Shown here in pieces: positions 1 to 9,314 of a stretch of 33,254 nt of DNA. Below the pieces are notes generated by a model. That model searched no databases. It saw only the letters and a list, made by a program, of their open reading frames with translations, and had not been told where the DNA came from. Numbering within the stretch: the stretch's first letter is position 1; every line of letters starts with the position of its first letter. Location of the stretch: the IMG/VR virus record IMGVR_UViG_3300050026_000241, one strand, 5' to 3'. The position numbers and the translations under genes are program-made. This DNA comes from a virus. Lineage: Duplodnaviria > Heunggongvirae > Uroviricota > Caudoviricetes.

Positions 1-128
1 CGGCCGTAGTGGTTGCCATCAGAATCAGATATGAGTTTGTTCTTTCCAATATCGACGCCAATGACTTCGCCTTCCTTTGGCTCTTCGTCCGGCACTTCAA
101 CCCAGACGATCAACTTGTTCTCGGAGAC
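1..128 (-). pseudogene. TnpB-like (IS200/IS605-type) RuvC-I fragment, lacking its N-terminus and cut by the window edge
   Basis: Manual minus-strand translation after a TAG at 131-129 gives VSENKLIVWVEVPDEEPKEGEVIGVDIGKNKLISDSDGNHYG. This resembles the TnpB pattern (V/I)GxDxG...SDG. Not in the ORF track. Confidence 0.55.
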
Positions 129-288
129 CTACCGTTTCCTCAGCGATCTCGATGAAATCGCCGCCGTGGTGTTCGGCAAACTCGATTTGGTCCACGGGCA
201 TTTCGTCCACTTCAACCTCGTCCACTAGGACAGCGGTTGCAACAGAGCGAGAGCAACGACCAGTGACTCTGTAAACTAAGATCAACAC
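97..288 (-). CDS. small acidic hypothetical protein
   Basis: GTG start with AGGA 8 nt upstream, directly after the primase-helicase stop; 63 aa. Confidence 0.5.
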   Translation of the reverse strand: MLILVYRVTGRCSRSVATAVLVDEVEVDEMPVDQIEFAEHHGGDFIEIAEETVGLREQVDRLG

Positions 289-292
289 GATT

Positions 293-3001
293 CTATTCCT
301 TCGTAATGAATTGACTTCCGGTAAAGGTCAGAGGCTTGGTTTCAGGGTTTATTGTGACTTCGGTGAGGGAGAGGTTCGCTACCATCTTCTTGCTGCCGCC
401 TACAAGGCCGGTCGGATAGCGGTTGGGCATGTCCTTGAGAACTCGGTTCTTGGACCATTCACCCTTTTCGTTTTCGGTGAGGCTCTCGTAGAACTTGTCG
501 AAGAATTCTCGGAACGAGGTAAGCACGCCAGGGGCGGCAAAGCAACATTCGTCAAGGAATTCTTCCAGGGCGCTACGGTTCTCGCTTTCGCTACGCATCT
601 TACTATCGGTGATTACTACCGGAATACGTAGCCGGCTGGCGGCTTCCGGCAACTCGATATTCATTAGCGCGTACATGAAGTGCGGGGCTTCGGCTTCCAG
701 AAGCTCAAGCAGACGCTCTTTGGCGATCTCTTGGTCAGGCAGCAGATCGGGAACGTGAATCACGGTAATCCGCGAGTCACCCGGGAAGACTGGACAGTTT
801 TCCCGCCTGTTTGCGCATTGGACCCAGTGCGTCGTATTGACTTTGGTGTACTGGTCGCAACGCATTTTGCGAATTGCGATCATCAGGGACGTTACCCAGT
901 CCTTGATCTTTTCCAAAGCGCCCTTGGATTTGGACACGTCCACTTCTTCGACGTAGGCTAAAATGCAATTCGCCAATTCGCCGTTGAAGTTGCTGGCATT
1001 CGTCAAAGCCCGGTCAGCAGCCACACAGCCCTTTGTAATGAGCGTCCTTTCAATGGCCTCATGGAAGATCGACTTGCCGCTATTCTCCGGCCCGTACATG
1101 AACAAGTATGGCACCTTCAAGAACGGGTAACGAATCATGCAGGCGATCCAGGCCGTGAGATATTGAGCACCGGTCTTAATTCCCGCCCGCTGTGCCCACG
1201 GGGCCTCGCGGATACCGGCATTCAAGTCTTGGCCGATGTGCTCAAGTATCTTATCCCAGTGCGGATGGACCGGATACTCGTCGTCGCCAAGGACGGCCGG
1301 CTGGCACTTGAGTTGGGCGGCATCCATGTTCCACTGACGGCCACCAGGGTATTCCTGTTGAAAGGGGAGGTCCACTAAGGTCCAACTTTTTCCAATCGCC
1401 TCACCCATGATATTTTCTGCCTCCGGTTTTCCCATGCCTAAACTTTGAAGACGCATTTTGACGTTGCTGGCCTGCTCGCGGAACCACACACTGTCTTTGA
1501 AGAGCACCCACCCTGAGAACTCATTGGAAGGTGCCATCAACTCGCGGACGAGATTGTCGTGCTCCGAGAAGCCAAGTTCGTCGTTCTTATCACTTTTGGT
1601 CTTGGTGTCGAACACCCTGACCCACTTGTCCTTCTTGGCGAGCCACCCGATCATTTTCTTCTTGTCATCGTCGTCTTCCTTGGCGATCTCCACGGCGAGC
1701 CGGCCGTCTTTGGCGGTCTTCAATCGGACTTCGCGGCCCATCATGTCGTCCATTAGGCTGATTTTCTCGCCCAGGACACTGGCGGCCTCCAAAGCCTCTT
1801 TGGCCTCGTCGAACACGAATTCGCCGGTCTTATCCGGGTCTTCAATACCGCCGTGTGCTTTGGCCGCTACGGATAGGTCGGGCGTCCGGTTGAAGTAACA
1901 AGTGGTCCAGCCGTTACCGTCCTGGGACCATGTACTCGCTTCGTTGATTCCTTGTGAGAATCGGTAAACCTTCCAAGCGCCGGTTGGCAACGGGAAGAGG
2001 AAGCAGTTTGGCGAGCCGGGATTGTTGCCCTCGGAGATTGTCTCGAAGTAGCCGATCAATTTCAAGTCAGCCTCGCCCATGATCTTCTTCAAAGCGCAGG
2101 TGTGCGTTTGGAGCAGGTGGTGGTCGGCAATCCAAAGCGTCGTGTAGCCCGACCGCATAAGTGACTCGATCTGAGCCTTGTGGCTCTCGTCCAGCGGGAT
2201 TTTCTTCCGGCTGCTTGCCAGGGTCTCCCACGAATCCAGTTGATCCTCGGAGACAGCGTTTACACGCACTTTGCTCCGTTTCTTCTGGACGACTTCAATA
2301 TGGTCGCGCCAGTTGGCCGGAAGATCGGCCACGGCCAATTCCTTGGTCGCCGGCTTCACCATCGACAGGCCGCCGTTCTCGGCGGTCATTTTCTTATGAA
2401 AGCACCACATGACGCCGCCACAGCAGTCGATCTGGCTGGCGAAATCGAACCCCGTCTCGCTTGACATCATACCAAGGATGCACCGGGCCAGGGCGGCGTG
2501 TTCGGTGTGGTTGTTGGTCGGCACGCCCTCTGCGTCGAAGTACACGTAAAGGTGGACGCCTGAGCCGCCCGTGCTGCGCCGGGTTTCAACGTAGGGCAGT
2601 GCTTCGGCCGCCTGCTTGACCCGCTCCAACTCTTCGTCGGTGACGCCGATGCCTTTTGCGTGCGTAGTAATACTGTCAAAATCGAACGCAACCCACTGGG
2701 AACGAAGAGACTGCCAATTCCAACCTGTCATTCCGATGCCTTCGGCGTACCGCTCGAAAGGAAACTTTAGCTCGTAGTCATTCCATTCTGGCTTGTCGTT
2801 GGCGTTGCGAGGTATGCGGATATTCCACCATTGGTTGATACCGTCACTCCAAGTGGACCTTTTGCCCTCTACGGGCTCGCCGTTGCAGGCAGAGACGTTC
2901 AACTGTGTCTCTATCGCTGGCGACCAGCGGGCGATCAGATCGGCGTTGGCCGGCGTCTTGCGAGCTTCTAGGAAGACTTGGATAGCTTCGGTAATTTTCA
3001 T
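293..3001 (-). CDS. primase-polymerase (AEP-like) / P-loop helicase fusion (D5/DUF5906-like C-terminus)
   Basis: 902 aa. N-terminal AFDFD and RSTGGSGVHLYVYF (AEP-type DxD and sxGxH motifs). C-terminal Walker A MYGPENSGKS and Walker B-like AYVEEV. AAGGA upstream of the ATG. Confidence 0.8.
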   Translation of the reverse strand: MKITEAIQVFLEARKTPANADLIARWSPAIETQLNVSACNGEPVEGKRSTWSDGINQWWNIRIPRNANDKPEWNDYELKFPFERYAEGIGMTGWNWQSLRSQWVAFDFDSITTHAKGIGVTDEELERVKQAAEALPYVETRRSTGGSGVHLYVYFDAEGVPTNNHTEHAALARCILGMMSSETGFDFASQIDCCGGVMWCFHKKMTAENGGLSMVKPATKELAVADLPANWRDHIEVVQKKRSKVRVNAVSEDQLDSWETLASSRKKIPLDESHKAQIESLMRSGYTTLWIADHHLLQTHTCALKKIMGEADLKLIGYFETISEGNNPGSPNCFLFPLPTGAWKVYRFSQGINEASTWSQDGNGWTTCYFNRTPDLSVAAKAHGGIEDPDKTGEFVFDEAKEALEAASVLGEKISLMDDMMGREVRLKTAKDGRLAVEIAKEDDDDKKKMIGWLAKKDKWVRVFDTKTKSDKNDELGFSEHDNLVRELMAPSNEFSGWVLFKDSVWFREQASNVKMRLQSLGMGKPEAENIMGEAIGKSWTLVDLPFQQEYPGGRQWNMDAAQLKCQPAVLGDDEYPVHPHWDKILEHIGQDLNAGIREAPWAQRAGIKTGAQYLTAWIACMIRYPFLKVPYLFMYGPENSGKSIFHEAIERTLITKGCVAADRALTNASNFNGELANCILAYVEEVDVSKSKGALEKIKDWVTSLMIAIRKMRCDQYTKVNTTHWVQCANRRENCPVFPGDSRITVIHVPDLLPDQEIAKERLLELLEAEAPHFMYALMNIELPEAASRLRIPVVITDSKMRSESENRSALEEFLDECCFAAPGVLTSFREFFDKFYESLTENEKGEWSKNRVLKDMPNRYPTGLVGGSKKMVANLSLTEVTINPETKPLTFTGSQFITKE

Positions 3002-3062
3002 TTCGTATCCTTGATAGAGGCGTTTACACGCTCGTCTCGCCGTGTTCGGTGAGGTATTGCTT

Positions 3063-3156
3063 CACCTACATTATATGTCCAATTTGCTGATTTTTTTCAT
3101 GGAATTTTTTACTTTTCGATGAAAAAAATCGACGAAATGGACATATAATGTAGGTG
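3063..3156. promoter_or_regulatory. long imperfect inverted repeat containing back-to-back TATAAT boxes (divergent promoters and/or origin)
   Basis: CACCTACATTATATGTCCA (3063-3081) is the exact reverse complement of 3138-3156. GATTTTTTTCAT (3089-3100) is the exact reverse complement of 3119-3130. The spacers are symmetric (7 nt each). AT-rich, between divergent genes. Confidence 0.75.
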
Positions 3157-3178
3157 GAGCAGTTGAGAGAAACCCATT

Positions 3179-4078
3179 GTGAAGATCGAGTCCCGTGACA
3201 TACCTCTTTGCGACATCCATGAAACCCGACTGCTATTGCGGCTCGTGGAGAAGGACTCGCTTGAGTACATGGAGTTGCGGGATTCGATTGCGAAAGATGG
3301 GCCGCTAAACTCTATTTGCGTCCGGCCGTCAACCCTGTTTCCTGATAGCAACCCGCCCAAGTTTGAAGTTGTGGACGGGATGTATCGCTACAACATTTTC
3401 GACGAGATCGGGTATACGCCCGTGCCCTGCTTGGTTCGTTATGGCATGACCGACGAGCAAGTTGTGGCAGCGCAGATTGAAGCGAATGCAATTCGTCCGA
3501 CTACTAAGAAGTGCGACTTTGCAAGGCAACTACGGAAAATACTGGACGCGAATCCCGGCATGTCCTATGCGAGACTGCAAGGACTGGTACACAAGAGTCC
3601 GCAATGGATCGGGGAGCAGCTTGGATTACTAAAGCTGGATGTACGAATCCAGAAAGCAGTTGACCGTGGCGAGATTCCTCTGGCGTCTGCATACGTTCTA
3701 AGCAACGTGTTGCTGTGTCAGCAGTTTAGGTTTCTAGCCCTTGCCAGAACGGCGACGACAGACGTGTTCAAAGCGACTGTCGCACCCTTCATCAAGCAGC
3801 AAAGAGAAGCAGCACGACAGGGAAAACTTGACGAACTATTCAAACAAGAGTTTAAGCCCGTAGCGCATCTTCACAAGTTACAGGACATTCTAGCCGAAAT
3901 CGAAAGACCCGCGACCGGGTCAATGTTGCTCGCCGCAAAAGATGCGAGAACGCCGCTCGATGGCTGGAAAACCTGCCTGGAATGGGTGGCCCACCTAGAC
4001 GCTCAAAGTATCGCGGAGCAGCTAGAGAAGCACAACCAGAGAATGCGACGTTTTGGAGAAGGAGACCAAGCCATGTAA
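3179..4078 (+). CDS. ParB/Spo0J-like protein (paralog 1)
   Basis: ELRDSIAKDGPLNSICVRP...EVVDGMYRY, then AQIEANAIR and an HTH-like segment (MSYARLQGLVHKSPQWIGEQL). Confidence 0.7.
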   Translation: MKIESRDIPLCDIHETRLLLRLVEKDSLEYMELRDSIAKDGPLNSICVRPSTLFPDSNPPKFEVVDGMYRYNIFDEIGYTPVPCLVRYGMTDEQVVAAQIEANAIRPTTKKCDFARQLRKILDANPGMSYARLQGLVHKSPQWIGEQLGLLKLDVRIQKAVDRGEIPLASAYVLSNVLLCQQFRFLALARTATTDVFKATVAPFIKQQREAARQGKLDELFKQEFKPVAHLHKLQDILAEIERPATGSMLLAAKDARTPLDGWKTCLEWVAHLDAQSIAEQLEKHNQRMRRFGEGDQAM

Positions 4079-4158
4079 CCCTTAATTGTCTGCCCGTTGT
4101 TGAATGTTTGCGACCGTTGTTTACTCTATTTCACTTTCACCTTTGAGGTATCATTTTC

Positions 4159-4905
4159 ATGTCCGAGAACACTAATCTCGTCACCGTTGACCTGACCCAG
4201 CTTCCCTCCACCCAAGTCGGTTCCGACGATCAATTCCTCGAATTGGCCAAGTCGTCCGAATTCATCGGCCGCCTTCAACTCTTCACCAAGGGCAAGGCGA
4301 TCAACAAGGGTCTCGTTCGTCCCGGCTGCTACGGCATTCCCGAGACCGACGAGGAAGTCCAAGACCTGGGCAACGAAATCACCATCATCCCGCTCGCTCG
4401 CCGGCCGAAGGCCATCGACATGACGGACACGGACGCCGTGATCGTCAACTATGATCCAGAGTCGGAAGAGTTCAAGCGCATTGCGACCACGTCGCTCGAA
4501 AAGGAATCGCACTGCATGTACGGTCCCAGCTTCCTCGTGATCGAGGAAAGCACCGGCCGTTTCTTGGAGTTCTTCTGCGGCAGCAAGAGCACTCGCAGCG
4601 AGGCCAAGAAGGTCTATCCGTTCCTACCCTTGACGGCGGCCGACATCGCCCGCCAGAAAGCGGCGGGCAACGATGTGACCGGTCTCAAGCCGCACACCCC
4701 TCTGCCGCTGACGTTGAAGAGCCGTCTCGTCGAGAAGGGCACCTACTCGTGGCACGTTCCGGTCGTTATCAAGTCCGGCGAACCGTTCACGAAGCTGCCT
4801 GCGCTGGACAAGATCGTGGCCGAGATCAACAAGTTCGTCAACTGCAAGGGTGACGGCGTTGAGACCGTCAAAGAGCCCGAGGGCAAGAAGCACCGCGCCC
4901 GCTAA
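4159..4905 (+). CDS. hypothetical protein, possibly single-stranded DNA binding
   Basis: 248 aa, GAGGT ribosome-binding site, strong codon bias. RLQL and KG..RPG.Y segments loosely recall phage SSB-like families; the function is a guess. Confidence 0.6.
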   Translation: MSENTNLVTVDLTQLPSTQVGSDDQFLELAKSSEFIGRLQLFTKGKAINKGLVRPGCYGIPETDEEVQDLGNEITIIPLARRPKAIDMTDTDAVIVNYDPESEEFKRIATTSLEKESHCMYGPSFLVIEESTGRFLEFFCGSKSTRSEAKKVYPFLPLTAADIARQKAAGNDVTGLKPHTPLPLTLKSRLVEKGTYSWHVPVVIKSGEPFTKLPALDKIVAEINKFVNCKGDGVETVKEPEGKKHRAR

Positions 4906-4992
4906 GACAGTGAATCCGGTACGACGATGATGACTATAATGGGCAAGATGTTCTCTTGCTGGTCCCCTCTCGCACTTTACCGGATGTTTCTA

Positions 4993-5022
4993 GCACACAG
5001 GCGGAGCGCTCCGCCTGTGTGC
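4993..5022. repeat. perfect 30-bp palindrome just upstream of tRNA-Thr
   Basis: GCACACAGGCGGAGC-GCTCCGCCTGTGTGC is self-complementary over all 30 bp. Confidence 0.9.
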
Positions 5023-5026
5023 GTTT

Positions 5027-5099
5027 GCCTCCGTAGCTCAGCTAGTAGAGCGGCAGTTTTGTAAACTGCATGTCGAGGGTGCAAATCCTTCCGGTGGCT
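5027..5099 (+). tRNA. tRNA-Thr(TGT), atypical elbow
   Basis: Acceptor GCCTCCG/CGGTGGC (one U:U), D-stem GCTC/GAGC, anticodon stem GCAGT/ACTGC with loop TT-TGT-AA, T-arm GAGGG-TGCAAAT-CCTTC. No encoded CCA. Confidence 0.85.
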
Positions 5100-5118
5100 C
5101 TTAACCCGAGGATCATCT

Positions 5119-5646
5119 ATGTTAAAGCCAGATGCCGTACTATTGAGCAAGCCGAACATTGACTTCAACACCTTCCTGGGCCTATCCAAGCAGGCGTTGG
5201 GGCGTAGCATCGTTTCCAAAGTCGATGCCACGGAACGCGATATGTCGGATGCCGAGAAGTTCATAAGCTGCCTTGGTGCCATGCTCAGTCCAAAGATCAG
5301 CACCGGTTTCATACCGAGCCTCTTGAATCACGTTTCGTTCAGCGTTTTTGTAGGGGCAGAGACCCGCGACATGCTGGACATTTTGCAGTGTGCGGCCGGT
5401 ATGCCGTTTGTTGCCGTGGACACAGTCGCCGGCTCCGTCCAGATTGCTGTAATCACCGGCACGCTCGCCCAGTGGCGGGATGCGGTGAAGTCGGGAAGTG
5501 AGCCGACTGCCGAATTACCGGTACGTCAGTGCTTCAATAAGGTATATGCCTTATTCAAGGCTGCGGACCTGAATGTGTGGTCGGACTACCGTGCCAAACC
5601 GGCTGCGGACCAGACGTTTTATCTGGAAGACAAGAGAAATCGTTAA
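5119..5646 (+). CDS. ThyX (Thy1)-fold-like protein lacking the RHR signature
   Basis: SLLNHVSFSVF resembles the ThyX S.lEH..FtF segment. IAVITGTLAQWR...AELPVRQ resembles the ThyX C-terminal N.R...EIR segment. No RHRx7S motif. Confidence 0.5.
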   Translation: MLKPDAVLLSKPNIDFNTFLGLSKQALGRSIVSKVDATERDMSDAEKFISCLGAMLSPKISTGFIPSLLNHVSFSVFVGAETRDMLDILQCAAGMPFVAVDTVAGSVQIAVITGTLAQWRDAVKSGSEPTAELPVRQCFNKVYALFKAADLNVWSDYRAKPAADQTFYLEDKRNR

Positions 5647-5658
5647 AACTGACAAGAC

Positions 5659-5696
5659 CGCGCACAAAGTCGTTTCGTTTTACGACTCTCTATGTG
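5659..5696 (+). promoter_or_regulatory. conserved bipartite motif, copy 1
   Basis: CGCGCACAA-N8-CGTTTTACGACTCTCTATGTG; ends 37 nt before the MTase ATG. Confidence 0.75.
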
Positions 5697-5733
5697 GCGG
5701 GAACGAGATACCATCCCCTTACTGCGTGTAAAC

Positions 5734-6951
5734 ATGCCCTACTATCAAGACGGAAACATTACCCTCCATAGTGGGGACTTGCGAGAAGTTCTTCCCACTT
5801 TGCCCGAGAATTCGGTCGATGTTGTCTGTACTGATCCGCCCTACGGAATTTGTTTCATGGGCAAGGATTGGGACCAGCAAGTGCCCGGCCCGGAGTATTG
5901 GAAGGCGATCATGCGGGTGTGCAAGCCCGGAGCCCACATGCTGGCTTTCGGAGGGACTAGAACATTCCATCGACTAGCCTGTGCGATTGAAGACGCCGGC
6001 TGGGAGATTCGAGACCTTCTTATGTACTTGTATGGTTGCGGCTTCCCCAAGTCTGCGGACGTGGGAAAGATGATCGACAAAGCCAAGGGTGCCAAGCGGG
6101 AAGTCGTCGGCACGAAGATGGGCCTGCCCGGCTACACGCTCTCACCGAATGCCGGTGGGGCGAGTTACAACCAGGGTGTCAGCGGTCACACGGAAGACGA
6201 ACGAATCAAGACGGTCGAAATCACAGCACCGGCAACCGATCTGGCAAAACTCTGGACAGGCTGGACCCTGGCCCTGAAACCCGCCTGGGAACCAATCGTC
6301 TTGGCAATGAAGCCAATGGACGGCACGATCGCGCAGAATGCCGAGCAATGGGGTGTGGCGGGCATGAATATCGACGCCTGCCGCATTGGTCCGTGCCCCG
6401 GCTATAAGTACAATGCCGACCGGAACGGCACGACGTTTCACGGCAAGCAGGGAGAACGAATCAAGCAGTCTGCCGCCAAGAAGGGCGCAGCCACTATCGA
6501 GGCCACCAAGGGACGGTGGCCGGCAAACGTGCTTTTCGATGAAGAAGCCGCTGCCATTCTCGATCAGCAGAGCGGCTACTCCAAGAGCAGCGCCAAACCT
6601 CGAAACAATGGCGATTTCAAGAGCCCGTCGAAGGGTGCCGAGAAGGCACACGTAACGCATGGCCATGAAGACGAGGGCGGCGCGAGTAGGTTTTTCTATT
6701 GCGGTAAAGCCAGCCGTAAAGAAAAGGGCGAGTTCAACTCACATCCAACGGTCAAGCCCCTTAATCTCATGGACTATTTGCTCAAGCTGCTTTCGACGCC
6801 AACGGGCGGCGTCATACTCGATCCTTTTGCCGGCAGCGGCACGACTCTTGTGGCTGCCAAGCGGCTGGGTCGTACCTGTATCGGCGTCGAACTCACTGAC
6901 CATAATTGCGACATCGCTATCGAGCGCCTCAACAGAACAGAACCAGAATAA
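5734..6951 (+). CDS. DNA methyltransferase, N6A/N4C family, beta arrangement
   Basis: TDPPYG near the N-terminus, HPTVKP and LDPFAGSGTT near the C-terminus. Start moved to ATG 5734 (MPYYQDGNITLHSGD). Confidence 0.92.
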   Translation: MPYYQDGNITLHSGDLREVLPTLPENSVDVVCTDPPYGICFMGKDWDQQVPGPEYWKAIMRVCKPGAHMLAFGGTRTFHRLACAIEDAGWEIRDLLMYLYGCGFPKSADVGKMIDKAKGAKREVVGTKMGLPGYTLSPNAGGASYNQGVSGHTEDERIKTVEITAPATDLAKLWTGWTLALKPAWEPIVLAMKPMDGTIAQNAEQWGVAGMNIDACRIGPCPGYKYNADRNGTTFHGKQGERIKQSAAKKGAATIEATKGRWPANVLFDEEAAAILDQQSGYSKSSAKPRNNGDFKSPSKGAEKAHVTHGHEDEGGASRFFYCGKASRKEKGEFNSHPTVKPLNLMDYLLKLLSTPTGGVILDPFAGSGTTLVAAKRLGRTCIGVELTDHNCDIAIERLNRTEPE

Positions 6952-8930
6952 TGATCGAAGAACTCAAGCTAATCACGCGGACCAGTAGCGGGCGTCTAAT
7001 CAAGGTGCCTGCCGCCATCGAACGGCGCGACGGTCGAATCTATTTTGTCAAATCACCCTTCTCGTTGAAAGACGAAATCAAAGCGATGAAGGGATCGAAG
7101 TGGCACGGATTCGAGGAAGAGGGCGACGGGCCTTACTCCGGTAAGAAAGTCTGGTCGGTTGAGGACTGTCAGCGAAACGGCTTTCAGCTTGCGCTGCTGT
7201 GCGGTGACGATGTTTTCGAGTGGTTCGACCGAGAGTTGGTTCGACACGAATATCAACGACCGCTCATGCCACACCAGAAGGATTTGACGGACGCCGGCCT
7301 GACGTACCACTATCAGTTATGGGCGGCGGAAATGGGCACTGGGAAGACGCTCTCGGCCCAAGAGTTGATTGAGCGTTCGGGCGTAACCGATTGGTTCTGG
7401 ATTGGCCCCAAGACGAGCCTGCCGAACATCCAGCGTGAATTCCGCAAGTGGAAATTTCCGGCCGAGGGCTTTGACATTCAGTACCATACTTACGAAGGTC
7501 TGGTTCGTGTAATCGACGAGTGGCCCCAGGGCGTTCCGCCGCCGCACGGCTTGATCTGCGATGAATGCAGCCGACTCAAGAATGCCACCAGCCAGCGATC
7601 TCGCGCCGCTCAGCGGCTCGCGGACATGATACGCGAGAAGTGGAAGTACGATGGCTATGTGATTGAGATGTCGGGCACGCCCTCGCCTAAAACACCTGTC
7701 GATTGGTGGTCAACGTGCGAAATTGCGTGGCCCGGCTTTCTACGGGAAGGCAGCGCAAAAGCGATGGAGGCCCGAATGGCTTTCATGGTCGATCAGAAGT
7801 TTGAGACCGCACAATTCAAGAAGCGAATCGGCTGGAAAGACGACGAGAGCAAGTGCGACGTTTGCGGCGAGACTCGTGACGAAGGCCCGCACGAGTTGGA
7901 CGGCCTGACTGACCCAGCAGAATATCACCCGTTCAAGACGAGCAAGAATGAGGTTGCCTACCTCTACGAACGGCTCAAAGGGCTAGTCATTATCAAACAT
8001 AAGAAGGACTGCCTCAATCTGCCTGACAAGCGTTACCGGCAGATTGTGTGCAAGCCAAACGCCAGCACGCTCCGCGTGGCCAAGGCGTTGATGGAAGCCT
8101 CTCCGAATGCCGTCACCGGCATGACGTTGCTCCGAGAGTTGAGCGACGGCTTCCAGTATCGAGAAACCAAGGATGGCATGACGAAGTGCCACCACTGCAC
8201 GGATGGCACGGTGGAAGAGTGGTTCATACCGGGCGACGAAGAGCGAGTCTTTTCCAACATTGACTTGCTTGACGACGAGTTGGTTTCGCAACTTGAGAAG
8301 CGAAGCATAACGTGTCCGGTGTGCAGCGGCAAGCAGGAAGTGGACAAGATCATTCGCGTGACACGCGAAGTGCCCTGCCCCAAGGACGCGGCCCTGCGTA
8401 TGCTGCTCGATGAGTGTGAAGAAACCGGACGTATCGTGGTCTTTGCCGGCTTCACGGGGTCAGTTGACCGGGTTGTGAAGCTGGTCAAGAAGGAAGGGTG
8501 GAGTGCTGTTCGCTGTGACCAGGGCAATTTCAACATCCTACCGCACGACAATGAAGAGGCTGTCACGGAAGAACCGCTCGACTACTGGGCGAACGTCGAA
8601 GCGCACCCTCGCGTGGCGTTCATAGCGAACCCTGAGTCGGGAGGCATGAGCCTCACACTGGTTGAATCACGAATGGCGGTGTATTGGAGCAACTCGTGGA
8701 AGCCCGAGTTTCGCATTCAATCGGAAGACCGAATACACCGTAAAGGCATGGACGAGAATCTAGGTTGCACCATCGTTGACCTGATTCACTTGCCGAGCGA
8801 CCGGCGCGTACTGGATGTTATCTGGGCGAACCGGAAGCTGGAACTAATGACGATGGGAGAAGTCTTCCAGGGCATCAACTGGGATGACGCCGCAACGCAA
8901 GAGGGCGAATTCGAGGAATACCGAACATGA
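6951..8930 (+). CDS. SNF2-like SF2 helicase/ATPase with a Cys-rich insert
   Basis: AEMGTGKT, ICDECSRLKN, SGTP, NPESGGMSLTL and QSEDRIHRKG motifs. TAATG overlap with the upstream gene. Confidence 0.88.
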   Translation: MIEELKLITRTSSGRLIKVPAAIERRDGRIYFVKSPFSLKDEIKAMKGSKWHGFEEEGDGPYSGKKVWSVEDCQRNGFQLALLCGDDVFEWFDRELVRHEYQRPLMPHQKDLTDAGLTYHYQLWAAEMGTGKTLSAQELIERSGVTDWFWIGPKTSLPNIQREFRKWKFPAEGFDIQYHTYEGLVRVIDEWPQGVPPPHGLICDECSRLKNATSQRSRAAQRLADMIREKWKYDGYVIEMSGTPSPKTPVDWWSTCEIAWPGFLREGSAKAMEARMAFMVDQKFETAQFKKRIGWKDDESKCDVCGETRDEGPHELDGLTDPAEYHPFKTSKNEVAYLYERLKGLVIIKHKKDCLNLPDKRYRQIVCKPNASTLRVAKALMEASPNAVTGMTLLRELSDGFQYRETKDGMTKCHHCTDGTVEEWFIPGDEERVFSNIDLLDDELVSQLEKRSITCPVCSGKQEVDKIIRVTREVPCPKDAALRMLLDECEETGRIVVFAGFTGSVDRVVKLVKKEGWSAVRCDQGNFNILPHDNEEAVTEEPLDYWANVEAHPRVAFIANPESGGMSLTLVESRMAVYWSNSWKPEFRIQSEDRIHRKGMDENLGCTIVDLIHLPSDRRVLDVIWANRKLELMTMGEVFQGINWDDAATQEGEFEEYRT

Positions 8931-9274
8931 TTGGCGAAACGATTACCGACGACGAAATGGACGACAAGGCAACATACGAGATTGTGTTCTACAACGGTGA
9001 CTGGAAAGTAGTGCCGTCGCGGGAGAGAATTATCGACTGCCTTACTCACGTCTTTTGCAATCGAGACGCGGCCCATGTCACGGCGATTCAAGTCCGACTG
9101 CCTTACGCCCACGAGGAAGAGGGTATCCACCACGTAGCCCACGTTGACGTGGTTTTCACGGACACCCACAATGAAGTTGTCAGAGATGCAATCTACGGGG
9201 CCTTACTCAGTAGGTTTGTCCCAGAATATGACAGTCTACTTGAAATAGAGATTGTCGAATCGCTAACTGTTTGA
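8927..9274 (+). CDS. hypothetical protein
   Basis: 115 aa, ATGA overlap with the helicase stop. Confidence 0.65.
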   Translation: MIGETITDDEMDDKATYEIVFYNGDWKVVPSRERIIDCLTHVFCNRDAAHVTAIQVRLPYAHEEEGIHHVAHVDVVFTDTHNEVVRDAIYGALLSRFVPEYDSLLEIEIVESLTV

Positions 9275-9314
9275 ACCCTGTCTACCCTGTAACATTGGAA
9301 TGGAGCCTTGCACC

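Noticed and set aside
4914-4985. 8-bp inverted pair ATCCGGTA/TACCGGAT enclosing a 6-bp hairpin and a TATAAT
   Set aside because: Too short to distinguish from chance and matches no riboswitch I recognise. It may simply be the tRNA-Thr promoter region.
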